NCBI GenBank assembly: GCA_963716345.1
Contig: OY970304.1
Location: 2,075,483 to 2,139,482 of the forward strand
DNA: 64,000 nt
Direction: 5' to 3'
Source: an uncultured Solirubrobacterales bacterium
GTDB lineage: Bacteria > Actinomycetota > Thermoleophilia > Solirubrobacterales > 70-9
The position numbers and the translations under genes are program-made. This document shows, in pieces, positions 18,590 through 26,825 of the stretch (position 1 is its first letter; every line of letters begins with the position of its first letter). The notes beneath the pieces were generated by a model that ran no database searches, was not told where the DNA came from, and was given only the letters and a program-made list of their open reading frames with translations.

Positions 18590-18597
18590 AGTTCTGA
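18590..18597. repeat. 8-bp target-site duplication AGTTCTGA (right copy).
   Basis: Identical to 14913..14920. Confidence 0.85.
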
Positions 18598-18601
18598 GCC
18601 T

Positions 18602-18621
18602 CGCTATACTTTTTGAAGTAA
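18602..18621 (+). promoter_or_regulatory. Conserved 20-nt A/T-rich motif CGCTATACTTTTTGAAGTAA (contains the -10-like TATACT) upstream of the E1-like gene.
   Basis: An exact second copy lies at 20177..20196, upstream of cysM. AGGAG lies 10 nt before ATG 18652. Confidence 0.5.
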
Positions 18622-18651
18622 TGCTGATCCGGATTTAGGAGATTTTGCCTG

Positions 18652-19848
18652 ATGGCGAACGGTGCGGAGACGAACTTGAAGACGGTGGTCGAGGAGATCG
18701 AGCCGTTCGAGGCTGCACAGGAGATCGAGGGCGGCGACGTCGTCCTGATCGACACTCGGGAGCCCCACGAGTACCAGGAGGCTCATCTCGAGAACGGCAG
18801 GCTGGTGCCGCCGGGCCTGCTCGGCGATGAAATCGCCACCGCCGCGCCCGACAAGTCGGCCCGCACGATCATCTACTGCCGCAGTGGCAATCGCTCCTAC
18901 GAGGCGGCCGAACAGATGGAAGCACTCGGCTACACCGACGTCGCCTCGATGGCCGGCGGCATCCTCGCCTGGCAGGAGCAGGGGCTTCCCGTCCTCGCCG
19001 CTGAGGGCATGACCGCCGAGCAGCGCGACCGCTACTCGCGCCACACGCTGCTGCCCGAGGTCGGGGTCGACGGCCAGTTGAAGATGCTGAACGCCAAAGT
19101 GCTGCTGCTCGGCGCCGGCGGCCTCGGCGCGCCGACTGCGCTCTACCTCGCCGCAGCCGGGATTGGCACGATCGGCCTCGTCGACGACGACGTGGTCGAC
19201 GCCTCCAATCTGCAGCGCCAGGTGATCCACAACACCGAGCGGATCGGGATGGCGAAGACCGCGTCGGCCCGCATCTTCATCGAAGGGCTCAATCCCGACG
19301 TCAACGTTGTCGAGCATAACGGTCGGCTCGACGCAAGCAACATCCTCGACGTGATCTCCGACTACGACATCATCGTCGACGGCGCCGACAACTTCCCCAC
19401 CCGCTACCTGCTGAACGACGCCTCGGTGCGGCTGCGCAAGCCGGTCGTCTCCGCCTCGATCCTCGGCTTCGACGGCCAGATCTCGACCTTTGCCCCCTTC
19501 GAGGGTCCCTGCTACCGCTGCCTCTACCCGACTCCGCCGCCGGCCGAGCTGGCGCCGAGCTGCTCGGCCAACGGGGTGCTCGGGGTGATGGCGGGGACGA
19601 TGGGCACCTTGCAGGCCAACGAGGTAATCAAGCTGATCCTCGGCAAAGGCGAGCCGCTGATCGGGCGCCTCTTGCTCTACGACGCGCTGGGAACCCGCTT
19701 CACCGAGCTGAAGGTCCGCCGCGACCCCGAGTGCCCGATCTGCGGCGAGCACGCCGAGCAGATCCCGGAGTCGGAGATGGGGAAGTTCCCCGACTACGAC
19801 GCCTTCTGCGCCGGCGCCGGCGGCGACCGCCAGACGCTGGCCTCCTAG
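18652..19848 (+). CDS. Rhodanese-ThiF/MoeB-family E1-like adenylyltransferase/sulfurtransferase (MoeZ-like, with the rhodanese domain at the N-terminus).
   Basis: Rhodanese active-site loop CRSGNRS. ThiF-fold nucleotide loop LLLGAGGLGAP. Zn-type CxxC pairs (CYRC, CPIC). Adjacent to a ThiS/MoaD-like GG-terminated carrier gene. Confidence 0.8.
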   Translation: MANGAETNLKTVVEEIEPFEAAQEIEGGDVVLIDTREPHEYQEAHLENGRLVPPGLLGDEIATAAPDKSARTIIYCRSGNRSYEAAEQMEALGYTDVASMAGGILAWQEQGLPVLAAEGMTAEQRDRYSRHTLLPEVGVDGQLKMLNAKVLLLGAGGLGAPTALYLAAAGIGTIGLVDDDVVDASNLQRQVIHNTERIGMAKTASARIFIEGLNPDVNVVEHNGRLDASNILDVISDYDIIVDGADNFPTRYLLNDASVRLRKPVVSASILGFDGQISTFAPFEGPCYRCLYPTPPPAELAPSCSANGVLGVMAGTMGTLQANEVIKLILGKGEPLIGRLLLYDALGTRFTELKVRRDPECPICGEHAEQIPESEMGKFPDYDAFCAGAGGDRQTLAS

Positions 19849-19866
19849 GCTAGGATCACCGCCCTC

Positions 19867-20139
19867 ATGGCGACCGTTCGCATACCTCCCGTGCTGCGCC
19901 CCCACACCGGCGGCGCGCCCGAAGTCGAGGCCGCCGGCTCCGACGTCGGCGAGGTCCTGCGCGCGCTTACATCCGAGCACCCCGCCACCGGTGAGCAGCT
20001 CTTCGGCGAGGACGGCGACCTCAATCGCTACGTCAACGTCTACCTCAACGACGAGGACGTCCGAGTCCTGGATGGTCTGGGCACCGCGGTCAAAGACGGC
20101 GACACGGTTGTCATCCTGCCGGCCATGGCCGGCGGTTGA
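19867..20139 (+). CDS. cysO: ThiS/MoaD/CysO-type ubiquitin-like sulfur-carrier protein.
   Basis: 90 aa, ending ...DGDTVVILPAMAGG-stop (C-terminal Gly-Gly). Sits between the E1-like gene and the cysteine synthase gene. A JAMM protease gene is nearby. Confidence 0.65.
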   Translation: MATVRIPPVLRPHTGGAPEVEAAGSDVGEVLRALTSEHPATGEQLFGEDGDLNRYVNVYLNDEDVRVLDGLGTAVKDGDTVVILPAMAGG

Positions 20140-20176
20140 AAAAGCCTTCGTAAATCCCCCACGGGCGAACGTCCGA

Positions 20177-20196
20177 CGCTATACTTTTTGAAGTAA
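20177..20196 (+). promoter_or_regulatory. Second exact copy of CGCTATACTTTTTGAAGTAA, 14 nt upstream of the cysM ATG.
   Basis: 20/20 identity with 18602..18621. Confidence 0.5.
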
Positions 20197-20210
20197 GGGA
20201 CTGGCGAGCG

Positions 20211-21170
20211 ATGTCTGAACTTCTCAACCGACCCTGCGGGGGCCGCTTCGGCAACATCGTCGAGTCGATCGGCAACACGCCGCTGGTCGAGCTTCCTCGC
20301 CTGACGCCGAACCCCGACGTTCGCATCTACGCCAAGCTCGAGGGGCATAACCCGACCGGCTCGGTCAAGGACCGCGTCGCCAAGTCGATGATCGAGGCGG
20401 CCGAGGCCGAGGGCCTGATCGAACCGGGCCAGACGATCCTCGAACCGACCTCGGGCAACACCGGCATCGCGCTGGGGATGATCTGCCGCCGCAAGGGCTA
20501 CAAGCTGAAGGTGGTGATGCCCGACAACGTCACCGAGGAGCGCAGCCAGCTGCTGGCGATGTACGGGGCGGAGATCGTCTACTCCGAGGGCGCCAAGGGC
20601 TCCAACGGCGCGGTCGAGGTGGCGCTGGAGATGGCCCAGGACTCTCAGTACTACATGCCTTACCAGTACGGCAACGAGGCCAACCCCAACGCTCACTACT
20701 ACGGCACTGCGGTCGAGATCCTCGAAGAGCTCGACGAGGTGACCGCTTTCGTCGGCGGCCTCGGCACCGGCGGCACCCTGATGGGCAACGGCCGCCGGCT
20801 CAAGGAGGAGAACCCCGAGACGCTGATCGTCGCTGCCGAGCCGATGCAGGGCGAGCTCGTGCAGGGCCTGCGCTCGCTCGATGACGGTTTCATTCCGCCG
20901 ATCATCGATCTCTCGATCCTCGACCGCAAGATCATGGTCTCCAACCGCGACGCGATCGTCTGGACCAAGCGCCTGCTCGATGAGGAGGGCGTCTTTGCCG
21001 GCGTCTCCGCCGGCGCGATCGCCGCGATCGCCGCCCGCATCGCCGGCGAGCTCGAGAGCGGCAACGTCGTCTTCCTGATCCCCGACGACGGCTGGAAGTA
21101 CCTCTCCTCCGGCGTGTACACCAAGCCGATAGAGGAGATTGAAAACCTTGACTCGACGGTTTGGTGGTAA
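20211..21170 (+). CDS. cysM: PLP-dependent cysteine synthase (CysM/CysK family, probably CysO-thiocarboxylate dependent).
   Basis: PLP-lysine motif NPTGSVKDR. Gly loop GLGTGGTLMG. SGNTG motif. Genomic context with cysO, the E1-like gene and mec. Confidence 0.8.
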   Translation: MSELLNRPCGGRFGNIVESIGNTPLVELPRLTPNPDVRIYAKLEGHNPTGSVKDRVAKSMIEAAEAEGLIEPGQTILEPTSGNTGIALGMICRRKGYKLKVVMPDNVTEERSQLLAMYGAEIVYSEGAKGSNGAVEVALEMAQDSQYYMPYQYGNEANPNAHYYGTAVEILEELDEVTAFVGGLGTGGTLMGNGRRLKEENPETLIVAAEPMQGELVQGLRSLDDGFIPPIIDLSILDRKIMVSNRDAIVWTKRLLDEEGVFAGVSAGAIAAIAARIAGELESGNVVFLIPDDGWKYLSSGVYTKPIEEIENLDSTVWW

Positions 21171-21258
21171 CAGCCTTCTTTAGCTGTACCGCAACTCACC
21201 CGATTCACAGTGTTTGAGCGGCCGTAGGTTCGGTCAAGAAAATTGAGGGGAGAGTTCT

Positions 21259-22764
21259 GTGCGAGCCTGGCGGGGGGTATCGGTGGTGGTGTCGGTTGCG
21301 CTGATGGTTGTGGGGCATGCCGCGATCGCGGCCGCGGCGCCGGGTGATCTCGATCTCACCTTCGGCAGCTCTGGAGTCGCTGACTTGCCCTTTGATCCGT
21401 CGGTGCGTGCCGGGGGCACCGATATCGCGGCGGCGCCGGACGGCCGGATCTACGTGCTGCGCCAGCGTCAGCTCATCTGCGGTGTCTCGGACTGTGACTC
21501 ACAGGCAACCGTCGAAAGCTTGCTTCCGGACGGCTCCGTCGACAGATCGTTCGGCAGCGGTGGCATGGCCAACGTGGGGGAAGAGCTGGGTACATCTCTC
21601 GCAGTCGACCCCAACGGCAAAGTGCTCGTCACGACGGTCGACCAGATCGGCACGCTGACGCGACTGAACCCCAACGGGAGCCTCGACGAATCGTTTGGCG
21701 AAAAAGGCCGGGTCCACTTTGGGCACAACGCCGGCTTTCCCTTGAACGCAGGTGTCGGCGTCTATGGCGCCCGCGTCGCCGTCCGCGAAGACGGACGCAT
21801 AGTCGTGGCAATCGACCAGGGAACGTCGACGGGATCGTCTCAACTTGAGCTCCTGCAATACCAGTCGAACGGGACATTGGACCCGAGCTTTGACCATGGC
21901 GCGGCCGTGATCACCGACCTCGAGCGCGACCAGGGCGGCATTGCCTTCTCCGGGCACGGCGTCATGGCGGTTGCTGATGTCCCTTGCTGCATGAGGTCGG
22001 AGCCGGTTCACGCGGTGAGCCTGTTGGCCGACGGTACGCCCAATGTGGCCTTCGACGGCGGCGAGCGCGTTGTCGGCGTTGGAGACGGGGCTTACGTGGT
22101 TGCGGTGCTGGCGCTTCCCGGGAATCGACTCTCGGTAGTGGTTGCACACTACGGGGGAGAAGGAAATGCTCTCGCGCTTGGCTTTCGTCCCAACGGCGAT
22201 CTGGACCCACGATTCGGGCGGCATGGCATGCTCTCTCTCGGCAAAACCTTCGACGGCGTCGGTTCCGCGGTAGCCGATCAGAAGGGGCGCATCACTATTG
22301 TCGGCAGGGCCCAGAGCAAGTTGCCGGGCTACCGGCCAGTCTCGCTGTTGACTTTGCGGCGCTTCAGCAGTGAGGGCAGAGTTGATCGGACCTTTGGCGG
22401 TGGCTCGCCAGTTCACCTATATCGGTTGAGGAGTCTCAATGCGGACGCGAGCGTCCTCCAGTCGGATGGACGTCTTCTCGTTCTTGGGTCGCGGGGATAC
22501 TGCGAACGTTCCTGCTCGTCTTTTCACCTAATGCTGGTCAGGTTTCTGGCGGGTACCGCCAGAGCTCGCTGCTTCGGCCGTTCGGCGACCATCGTCGGCA
22601 CGCGTCGCCGAGACGTTCTAGTGGGAACGCCATATCGCGATGTGATCGTCGGCCTCGGCGGGAACGACACGATTCGCGGTCGCGGTGGCAATGACCTGAT
22701 CTGCGGTGGAGCCGGCAGGGACTACATCGTCGGCGGGCGTGGCCGAGACCGGGTTCATCAGTAG
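21259..22764 (+). CDS. Secreted repeat protein: delta-60-type repeats (G.LD.SFG..G) with C-terminal RTX/hemolysin-type Ca-binding repeats.
   Basis: Signal peptide VVVSVALMVVGHAAIAAAA. Repeats GDLDLTFGSSG, GSVDRSFGSGG, GSLDESFGEKG, GTLDPSFDHG, GDLDPRFGRHG, GRVDRTFGGG. C-terminus GGNDTIRGRGGNDLICGGAGRDYIVGGRGRD. Confidence 0.65.
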   Translation: MRAWRGVSVVVSVALMVVGHAAIAAAAPGDLDLTFGSSGVADLPFDPSVRAGGTDIAAAPDGRIYVLRQRQLICGVSDCDSQATVESLLPDGSVDRSFGSGGMANVGEELGTSLAVDPNGKVLVTTVDQIGTLTRLNPNGSLDESFGEKGRVHFGHNAGFPLNAGVGVYGARVAVREDGRIVVAIDQGTSTGSSQLELLQYQSNGTLDPSFDHGAAVITDLERDQGGIAFSGHGVMAVADVPCCMRSEPVHAVSLLADGTPNVAFDGGERVVGVGDGAYVVAVLALPGNRLSVVVAHYGGEGNALALGFRPNGDLDPRFGRHGMLSLGKTFDGVGSAVADQKGRITIVGRAQSKLPGYRPVSLLTLRRFSSEGRVDRTFGGGSPVHLYRLRSLNADASVLQSDGRLLVLGSRGYCERSCSSFHLMLVRFLAGTARARCFGRSATIVGTRRRDVLVGTPYRDVIVGLGGNDTIRGRGGNDLICGGAGRDYIVGGRGRDRVHQ

Positions 22765-22768
22765 ACGC

Positions 22769-23854
22769 TTGCGACGCCGTCGCGTCTGGCGGGCGTCACT
22801 GGGCTCGCTGCTGGGGGTGCTCGCTTTCGCGTGTCCTACCGTCAATGCGTCGGTGCCGCGCGAATTCTTCGGCATTGTGCCGCAGTCGCCGCCGTCTATC
22901 GCCGACTTTGGTCGCATGCAGGGAGTGGTCGGGACCCTTCGTATCCCAGTCGAATGGTTCCGAATCGAGTCGCGCCCTGGGACCTACGACTTTGAGGGGC
23001 TCGACCGAGTCGTCGGGGAAGCGGCCGGTGCCGGGATTCGCGTGCTGCCGTTCGTCTATGGGTCGCCGACCTGGCTCACTGGCGATCCCGCGCGGCCGCC
23101 ACTCGCTTCCTCCGAGGCAAGGCGGGCGTGGACCTTGTTCTTGCGTCGTCTCGTTCGCCGCTACGGACCGGATGGATCCTTCTGGCAGGGACGGGACACT
23201 CGCTTGCCGATTCGCCGCTGGCAGATATGGAACGAGCCGAACTACCTGCTCTTTTGGCGGCCACGGCCTTCGCCCCGCGGCTACGCCCGCCTACTGCGTA
23301 TCTCAGCTCCGGCGATTCGCCGACTTGACCCCGGCGCCCGCATCCTCACGGCGGGGGTGGCACCGGTCGAGGCCGGGATCACGCCGTGGTCATTTCTGCG
23401 CCGGATGTACGCGGTGCCTGGGGTGGCCCACTACTTCGATGTGGTCGCCCTGCATCCCTACGCACCGTACGTCGAGTGGGTCAAAAGGGAGATTCGGTTC
23501 GTGCGTCGGGTGATGGTCGATGCGGGCGATGGAGGCACTCCCTTGCAGCTGACCGAGCTCGGGGTTGCCTCCGACGGAGTGCTCGAGAATGTCTTCGACG
23601 AGGGACCGATTGGCCAAGCCGCGTTCCTGCGCAAGGCCTATCGCCTCGTCCTGCGCAATCGGCGCGGCTGGCATATCAGCGGCCTCGACTGGTTCACCTG
23701 GCGCGACGCTGCCTCACCTGACCCCAACTGCGTCTTCTGTGAGTACGGCGGCCTCCTCACCGATGAAGGCACGCCAAAGCCGGCTTGGGGTGCTTTTCGT
23801 TACCTCGTCCAAGCGACGGGAACAGGGGCGCTTCCTGGCCCTCGGGTCCGCTAG
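22769..23854 (+). CDS. Secreted clan GH-A (TIM-barrel) glycoside hydrolase-like protein.
   Basis: ORF 22706..23854. TTG 22769 is preferred because it lies after the upstream stop. Signal-like LGSLLGVLAFACPTVNA. WQIWNEPN motif (the NEP catalytic acid/base signature of clan GH-A). The family was not determined. Confidence 0.55.
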   Translation: MRRRRVWRASLGSLLGVLAFACPTVNASVPREFFGIVPQSPPSIADFGRMQGVVGTLRIPVEWFRIESRPGTYDFEGLDRVVGEAAGAGIRVLPFVYGSPTWLTGDPARPPLASSEARRAWTLFLRRLVRRYGPDGSFWQGRDTRLPIRRWQIWNEPNYLLFWRPRPSPRGYARLLRISAPAIRRLDPGARILTAGVAPVEAGITPWSFLRRMYAVPGVAHYFDVVALHPYAPYVEWVKREIRFVRRVMVDAGDGGTPLQLTELGVASDGVLENVFDEGPIGQAAFLRKAYRLVLRNRRGWHISGLDWFTWRDAASPDPNCVFCEYGGLLTDEGTPKPAWGAFRYLVQATGTGALPGPRVR

Positions 23855-23865
23855 CCTCGTCGCGG

Positions 23866-24264
23866 ATGCGGATCTCCCAGTCCCTGATCGACGAGATGGT
23901 CGCGCACGCGCGCGAGGACCTGCCCAACGAGTGCTGTGGCATGGTCGGCGGCGCCGACGGCGAGGCGAGCGTGGTGATCCCGGTTGTCAACTCGGCCGCC
24001 AGTCCGCTGCGCTTCGAGATGGACCCGCAGGGTCAGTACAACGCGATGAAGGCGATCGAGGACGACGGCAAGGAGATGCTGGCGATCTACCACTCGCACA
24101 CCAAGAGCGCCGCCTATCCCTCGCAGACCGACGTCAATCAGGCGGTCAACTGGCCCGACGCGATCTACCTGATCGTCTCGTTGCAGGACGAAGACGCACC
24201 CGAGGTCAAGGGGTATTGGCTGAAAGACCTGGTGATCGCCGATGCCGAGCTCGTCGTCGAGTAG
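23866..24264 (+). CDS. mec: JAMM/MPN+ metalloprotease (Mec-like, CysO C-terminal processing).
   Basis: ATG 23866 within ORF 23785..24264. NECCGMVGG glutamate region plus HSHTKSAAYPSQTD (H-x-H-x7-S-x2-D). Confidence 0.75.
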   Translation: MRISQSLIDEMVAHAREDLPNECCGMVGGADGEASVVIPVVNSAASPLRFEMDPQGQYNAMKAIEDDGKEMLAIYHSHTKSAAYPSQTDVNQAVNWPDAIYLIVSLQDEDAPEVKGYWLKDLVIADAELVVE

Positions 24265-24481
24265 CGGGCGCCTGGTCAAGGTTGCCTACGCCCAGACTCA
24301 GATGGAGGCCGAGATGATCCAGGGCCTGCTCGGCGAGCACGGCATCCCGAGCATGCTCAAGCGAGCTCCCGGCTTCGACAACCCAGACTTCCTCGGCGCT
24401 GGCCCGCACCAGGTCTTCGTCACCGAAGCCACCGCCGAGGAGGCGCAGGAAGTCCTGAAGAACACTCCCGGCGAGAGTTAG
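24242..24481 (+). CDS. Small DUF2007-like protein (putative signal-transducing fold).
   Basis: LVKVAYAQTQMEAEMIQGLLGEHGIPSML...VFVTEATAEEAQEVL resembles DUF2007. The start is uncertain and overlaps the mec 3' end. Confidence 0.45.
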   Translation: MPSSSSSSGRLVKVAYAQTQMEAEMIQGLLGEHGIPSMLKRAPGFDNPDFLGAGPHQVFVTEATAEEAQEVLKNTPGES

Positions 24482-24483
24482 AG

Positions 24484-25239
24484 CTAGCCCGGGTTGGGCC
24501 GGGCGATTTCGCGCAGGTAGCCGCGCCAAGCGTCCTCGACCTCGCGGAAGCGAGCTCCGAAGGCGGCCTCGATTGTCGGCACCGCGCCACCGGGCAGCAG
24601 TTTCAGGGCGAGGCGCTCACAGGCCTCCGAGCCGCGTTCCATTTCGAGCAGGTCGAAGATCGTGCCGCCGAGGATCACCGCATCGCGGCGCGAGGGAGGG
24701 AACGAGGGTCGGGCGCTCTCGCGCAGGCGGCGGATCACCGCCGGGCGGTAGAAGCCGACCTGGCGTGAGAAGTACTGGGCGGCACCTTCGACTAGCCAGG
24801 CCCAGCGCAGGTAGCGAGCGAAGCGGCGCGGCGTCCAAGAGGGCGGCAGCTCGCGGTTGTTGGCGGCGATGACGAGCTGGGCGTAGAGCCGCTCGGCCGT
24901 GCCGCGCAGGGCCTCGCGCGAGTCCTCACCGCCGGCCCGGCGCTCCATGTGGGGGTCGTTGAGCACGTGCAGCTCGGTCGACATCGGCCAGCCGGCAAGG
25001 TAGCGGCGGCCGGCGGGGGCCGCCGACCAGCGCGCGGCGGGCAAGAACGGATGCGCCATCGAGAGCCATACCGGGTTGGTGTGGACGACCACGGTGATGT
25101 CGCCGGGGACAACCTCGAAGCGGTCCTCGAGCCGCAGCCGCAGTTCCTCCATTCGATCCAGCGTCCGCTCCGCGAACGCCGCATCGCCGCTGTCGTGGCG
25201 CGCTGTGAAGCTCAGGCTCTGGGTCTCGACCCAAGGCAC
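24484..25239 (-). CDS. Hypothetical protein (251 aa).
   Basis: Long ORF with normal (not off-frame-like) amino-acid composition. No motif recognised. Confidence 0.5.
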   Translation of the reverse strand: MPWVETQSLSFTARHDSGDAAFAERTLDRMEELRLRLEDRFEVVPGDITVVVHTNPVWLSMAHPFLPAARWSAAPAGRRYLAGWPMSTELHVLNDPHMERRAGGEDSREALRGTAERLYAQLVIAANNRELPPSWTPRRFARYLRWAWLVEGAAQYFSRQVGFYRPAVIRRLRESARPSFPPSRRDAVILGGTIFDLLEMERGSEACERLALKLLPGGAVPTIEAAFGARFREVEDAWRGYLREIARPNPG

Positions 25240-25258
25240 CGGCCGAGATTACTTCTAC

Positions 25259-25888
25259 TTAGACCAGTGCCGGCTCTGCCGCACCGCATACACCGAGGAT
25301 CTCGGCGCGGGCGCGGTCGAACTCTTCGTCGGCCATCACCGGAGTGCCCTCGAAGGGCAGTTCGCGGTCGACCTCAACCCAGGAGCGGCAGCCGTGGTAC
25401 TCCTCGCGGACCCGCACCGTGACCGGACGGGGGATGCGGTGGACTCGCAGCAGCAGCACGTGCAGCGGGTGGCGACGCTTCCAGTTAAGCCGCTTCTCGG
25501 CGTAGTCAGGAGTCCAGACGTAATAAGGCGAGAGACCGTCGACCACGCGCGGATCATTGACGGTGATGTGATCGGTGACCTCGGCCCAGGCGCGCAGGCG
25601 CACTCGATCGGGCTGCGAGATGCCACCGTCCTGAAGCAGGGCGCGGGCAGGCGGTTCCTCATCGGGCCAGACACCCTCCTCGAGGGCGCGGCCGAGCTCG
25701 GGGTGATGCGACTCCCGCACCAGATTGTTCTGCTGGTGATCGAAGGTGGGGTAGAGGAAGAAGCGTTCGTGCTCAAGCTCGAAGTGCTTGTTCTCCTCGC
25801 GGATCCCGCCCTTGCGCAGGGTCAGCAACTGCTCGCCCTCGGCGAGTGCGCGGACCGTTACGGCCCATTCCTTGAAAGCGATCGGCAT
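25259..25888 (-). CDS. DUF1802-family protein.
   Basis: The N-terminus MPIAFKEWAVTVRALAEGEQLLTLRKGGIRE matches my recollection of the DUF1802 signature. Confidence 0.55.
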   Translation of the reverse strand: MPIAFKEWAVTVRALAEGEQLLTLRKGGIREENKHFELEHERFFLYPTFDHQQNNLVRESHHPELGRALEEGVWPDEEPPARALLQDGGISQPDRVRLRAWAEVTDHITVNDPRVVDGLSPYYVWTPDYAEKRLNWKRRHPLHVLLLRVHRIPRPVTVRVREEYHGCRSWVEVDRELPFEGTPVMADEEFDRARAEILGVCGAAEPALV

Positions 25889-26016
25889 TTGAAGTCGTAC
25901 CTAGAAGAAGGTGGTTAAAGCTGTGACTGAGAGGGGGGCGCCCTGCCCATTCCGTGGTGAGATGCCCGCCCGGATCGCGCATTCTAGACCAGCCCGCCTG
26001 GATTGCAAAATTTGTG

Positions 26017-26024
26017 ATGAAGAT
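26017..26024. repeat. 8-bp target-site duplication ATGAAGAT (left copy) of the IS1595-family transposon.
   Basis: The identical octamer abuts the outer side of the right inverted repeat at 30774..30781. Confidence 0.8.
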
Positions 26025-26049
26025 CACGCATATCCCTTCTCTGTAGAAG
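26025..26049. repeat. Left terminal inverted repeat of the IS1595-family transposon.
   Basis: Exact reverse complement of 30749..30773. Confidence 0.8.
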
Positions 26050-26152
26050 CTCATCCGCAGCAAGATTTCGCGGTTGAGCCCGCCCGGAGGTAAACGAATG
26101 ATTTCTTCGATCTTCTGCTCCAAAGGACCGGAGCAATGGGTACGCTGCGCGC

Positions 26153-26818
26153 GTGCCAGCCAGCACCATGGCCCCTAGGGGCCACTATCTCGCCCACGAA
26201 GTCGGCTTTCTCGCGGGGATCTCCGGCCACCTGGTCGGCCAATGGGCCAGCCACGGCTACATTCGTTCGTCCTGGCAAACCAAGCTGCCCCGCGTCTACA
26301 GCTTCCAAGACGTAGGCGAGGCAATGGTTGTGCACGAGCTAATGAATGCCGGGGTGCCCTACAAGGAGATGCGGGAAGCCATCCTCGGCCTGCGCGAGAG
26401 ATTCGGCGAGGACTGGCCGCTGACCCAGGCCAAGGACAAGCTCGGCACTTACGGCAAGAAAGGGCATCCGAAACGCCGGGTCGCCTTCAAGGACAAAGAC
26501 GCTGTCTACGACCTTGGCAAGAAGGGCTGGCAGCAGATGGACGCTACCGACCTCGGGCGGATTTCCGGCCTTCTACATCGCGGGGGATGGGCGGCCCGCA
26601 ATCTCAAAGACCTTCAGCACATCGAGGTTGACCCAGATCGGTTGAGCGGCACTCCCACGATCAAGGGGCGTCGCGTGGCCGCCAAGGGCGTAGCCGAGCT
26701 TGCCGACACGGGTAGCGGAGGGGTCCAAGTCCTTCGCAAGGAGTACGACCTCGCCAAGGACCAGATCCGAGACGCCCAGCGATGGTGGAAAGAGGCGCGA
26801 AGGCTAGTCGCTGCCTAG
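26153..26818 (+). CDS. MerR-like HTH / DUF433-domain protein (putative antitoxin-like partner).
   Basis: N-terminal YLAHEVGFLAGISGHLVGQWASHGYI is HTH-like. C-terminal VDPDRLSGTPTIKGRRVAAKGVAEL matches the DUF433 core (D.....G.P.I.G.R...). The next gene starts 8 nt after its stop. Confidence 0.55.
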   Translation: MPASTMAPRGHYLAHEVGFLAGISGHLVGQWASHGYIRSSWQTKLPRVYSFQDVGEAMVVHELMNAGVPYKEMREAILGLRERFGEDWPLTQAKDKLGTYGKKGHPKRRVAFKDKDAVYDLGKKGWQQMDATDLGRISGLLHRGGWAARNLKDLQHIEVDPDRLSGTPTIKGRRVAAKGVAELADTGSGGVQVLRKEYDLAKDQIRDAQRWWKEARRLVAA

Positions 26819-26825
26819 GTCTTAG

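Noticed and set aside
26014-26049. 36-nt direct repeat (33/36) with 30771-30806, read as attL/attR of an integrase-mediated genomic island.
   Set aside because: There is no integrase gene in the interval. The same sequences resolve more precisely into 25-bp perfect inverted repeats plus an exact 8-bp target duplication around an IS1595-type transposase, with a third solo end. That arrangement explains the apparent direct repeat.
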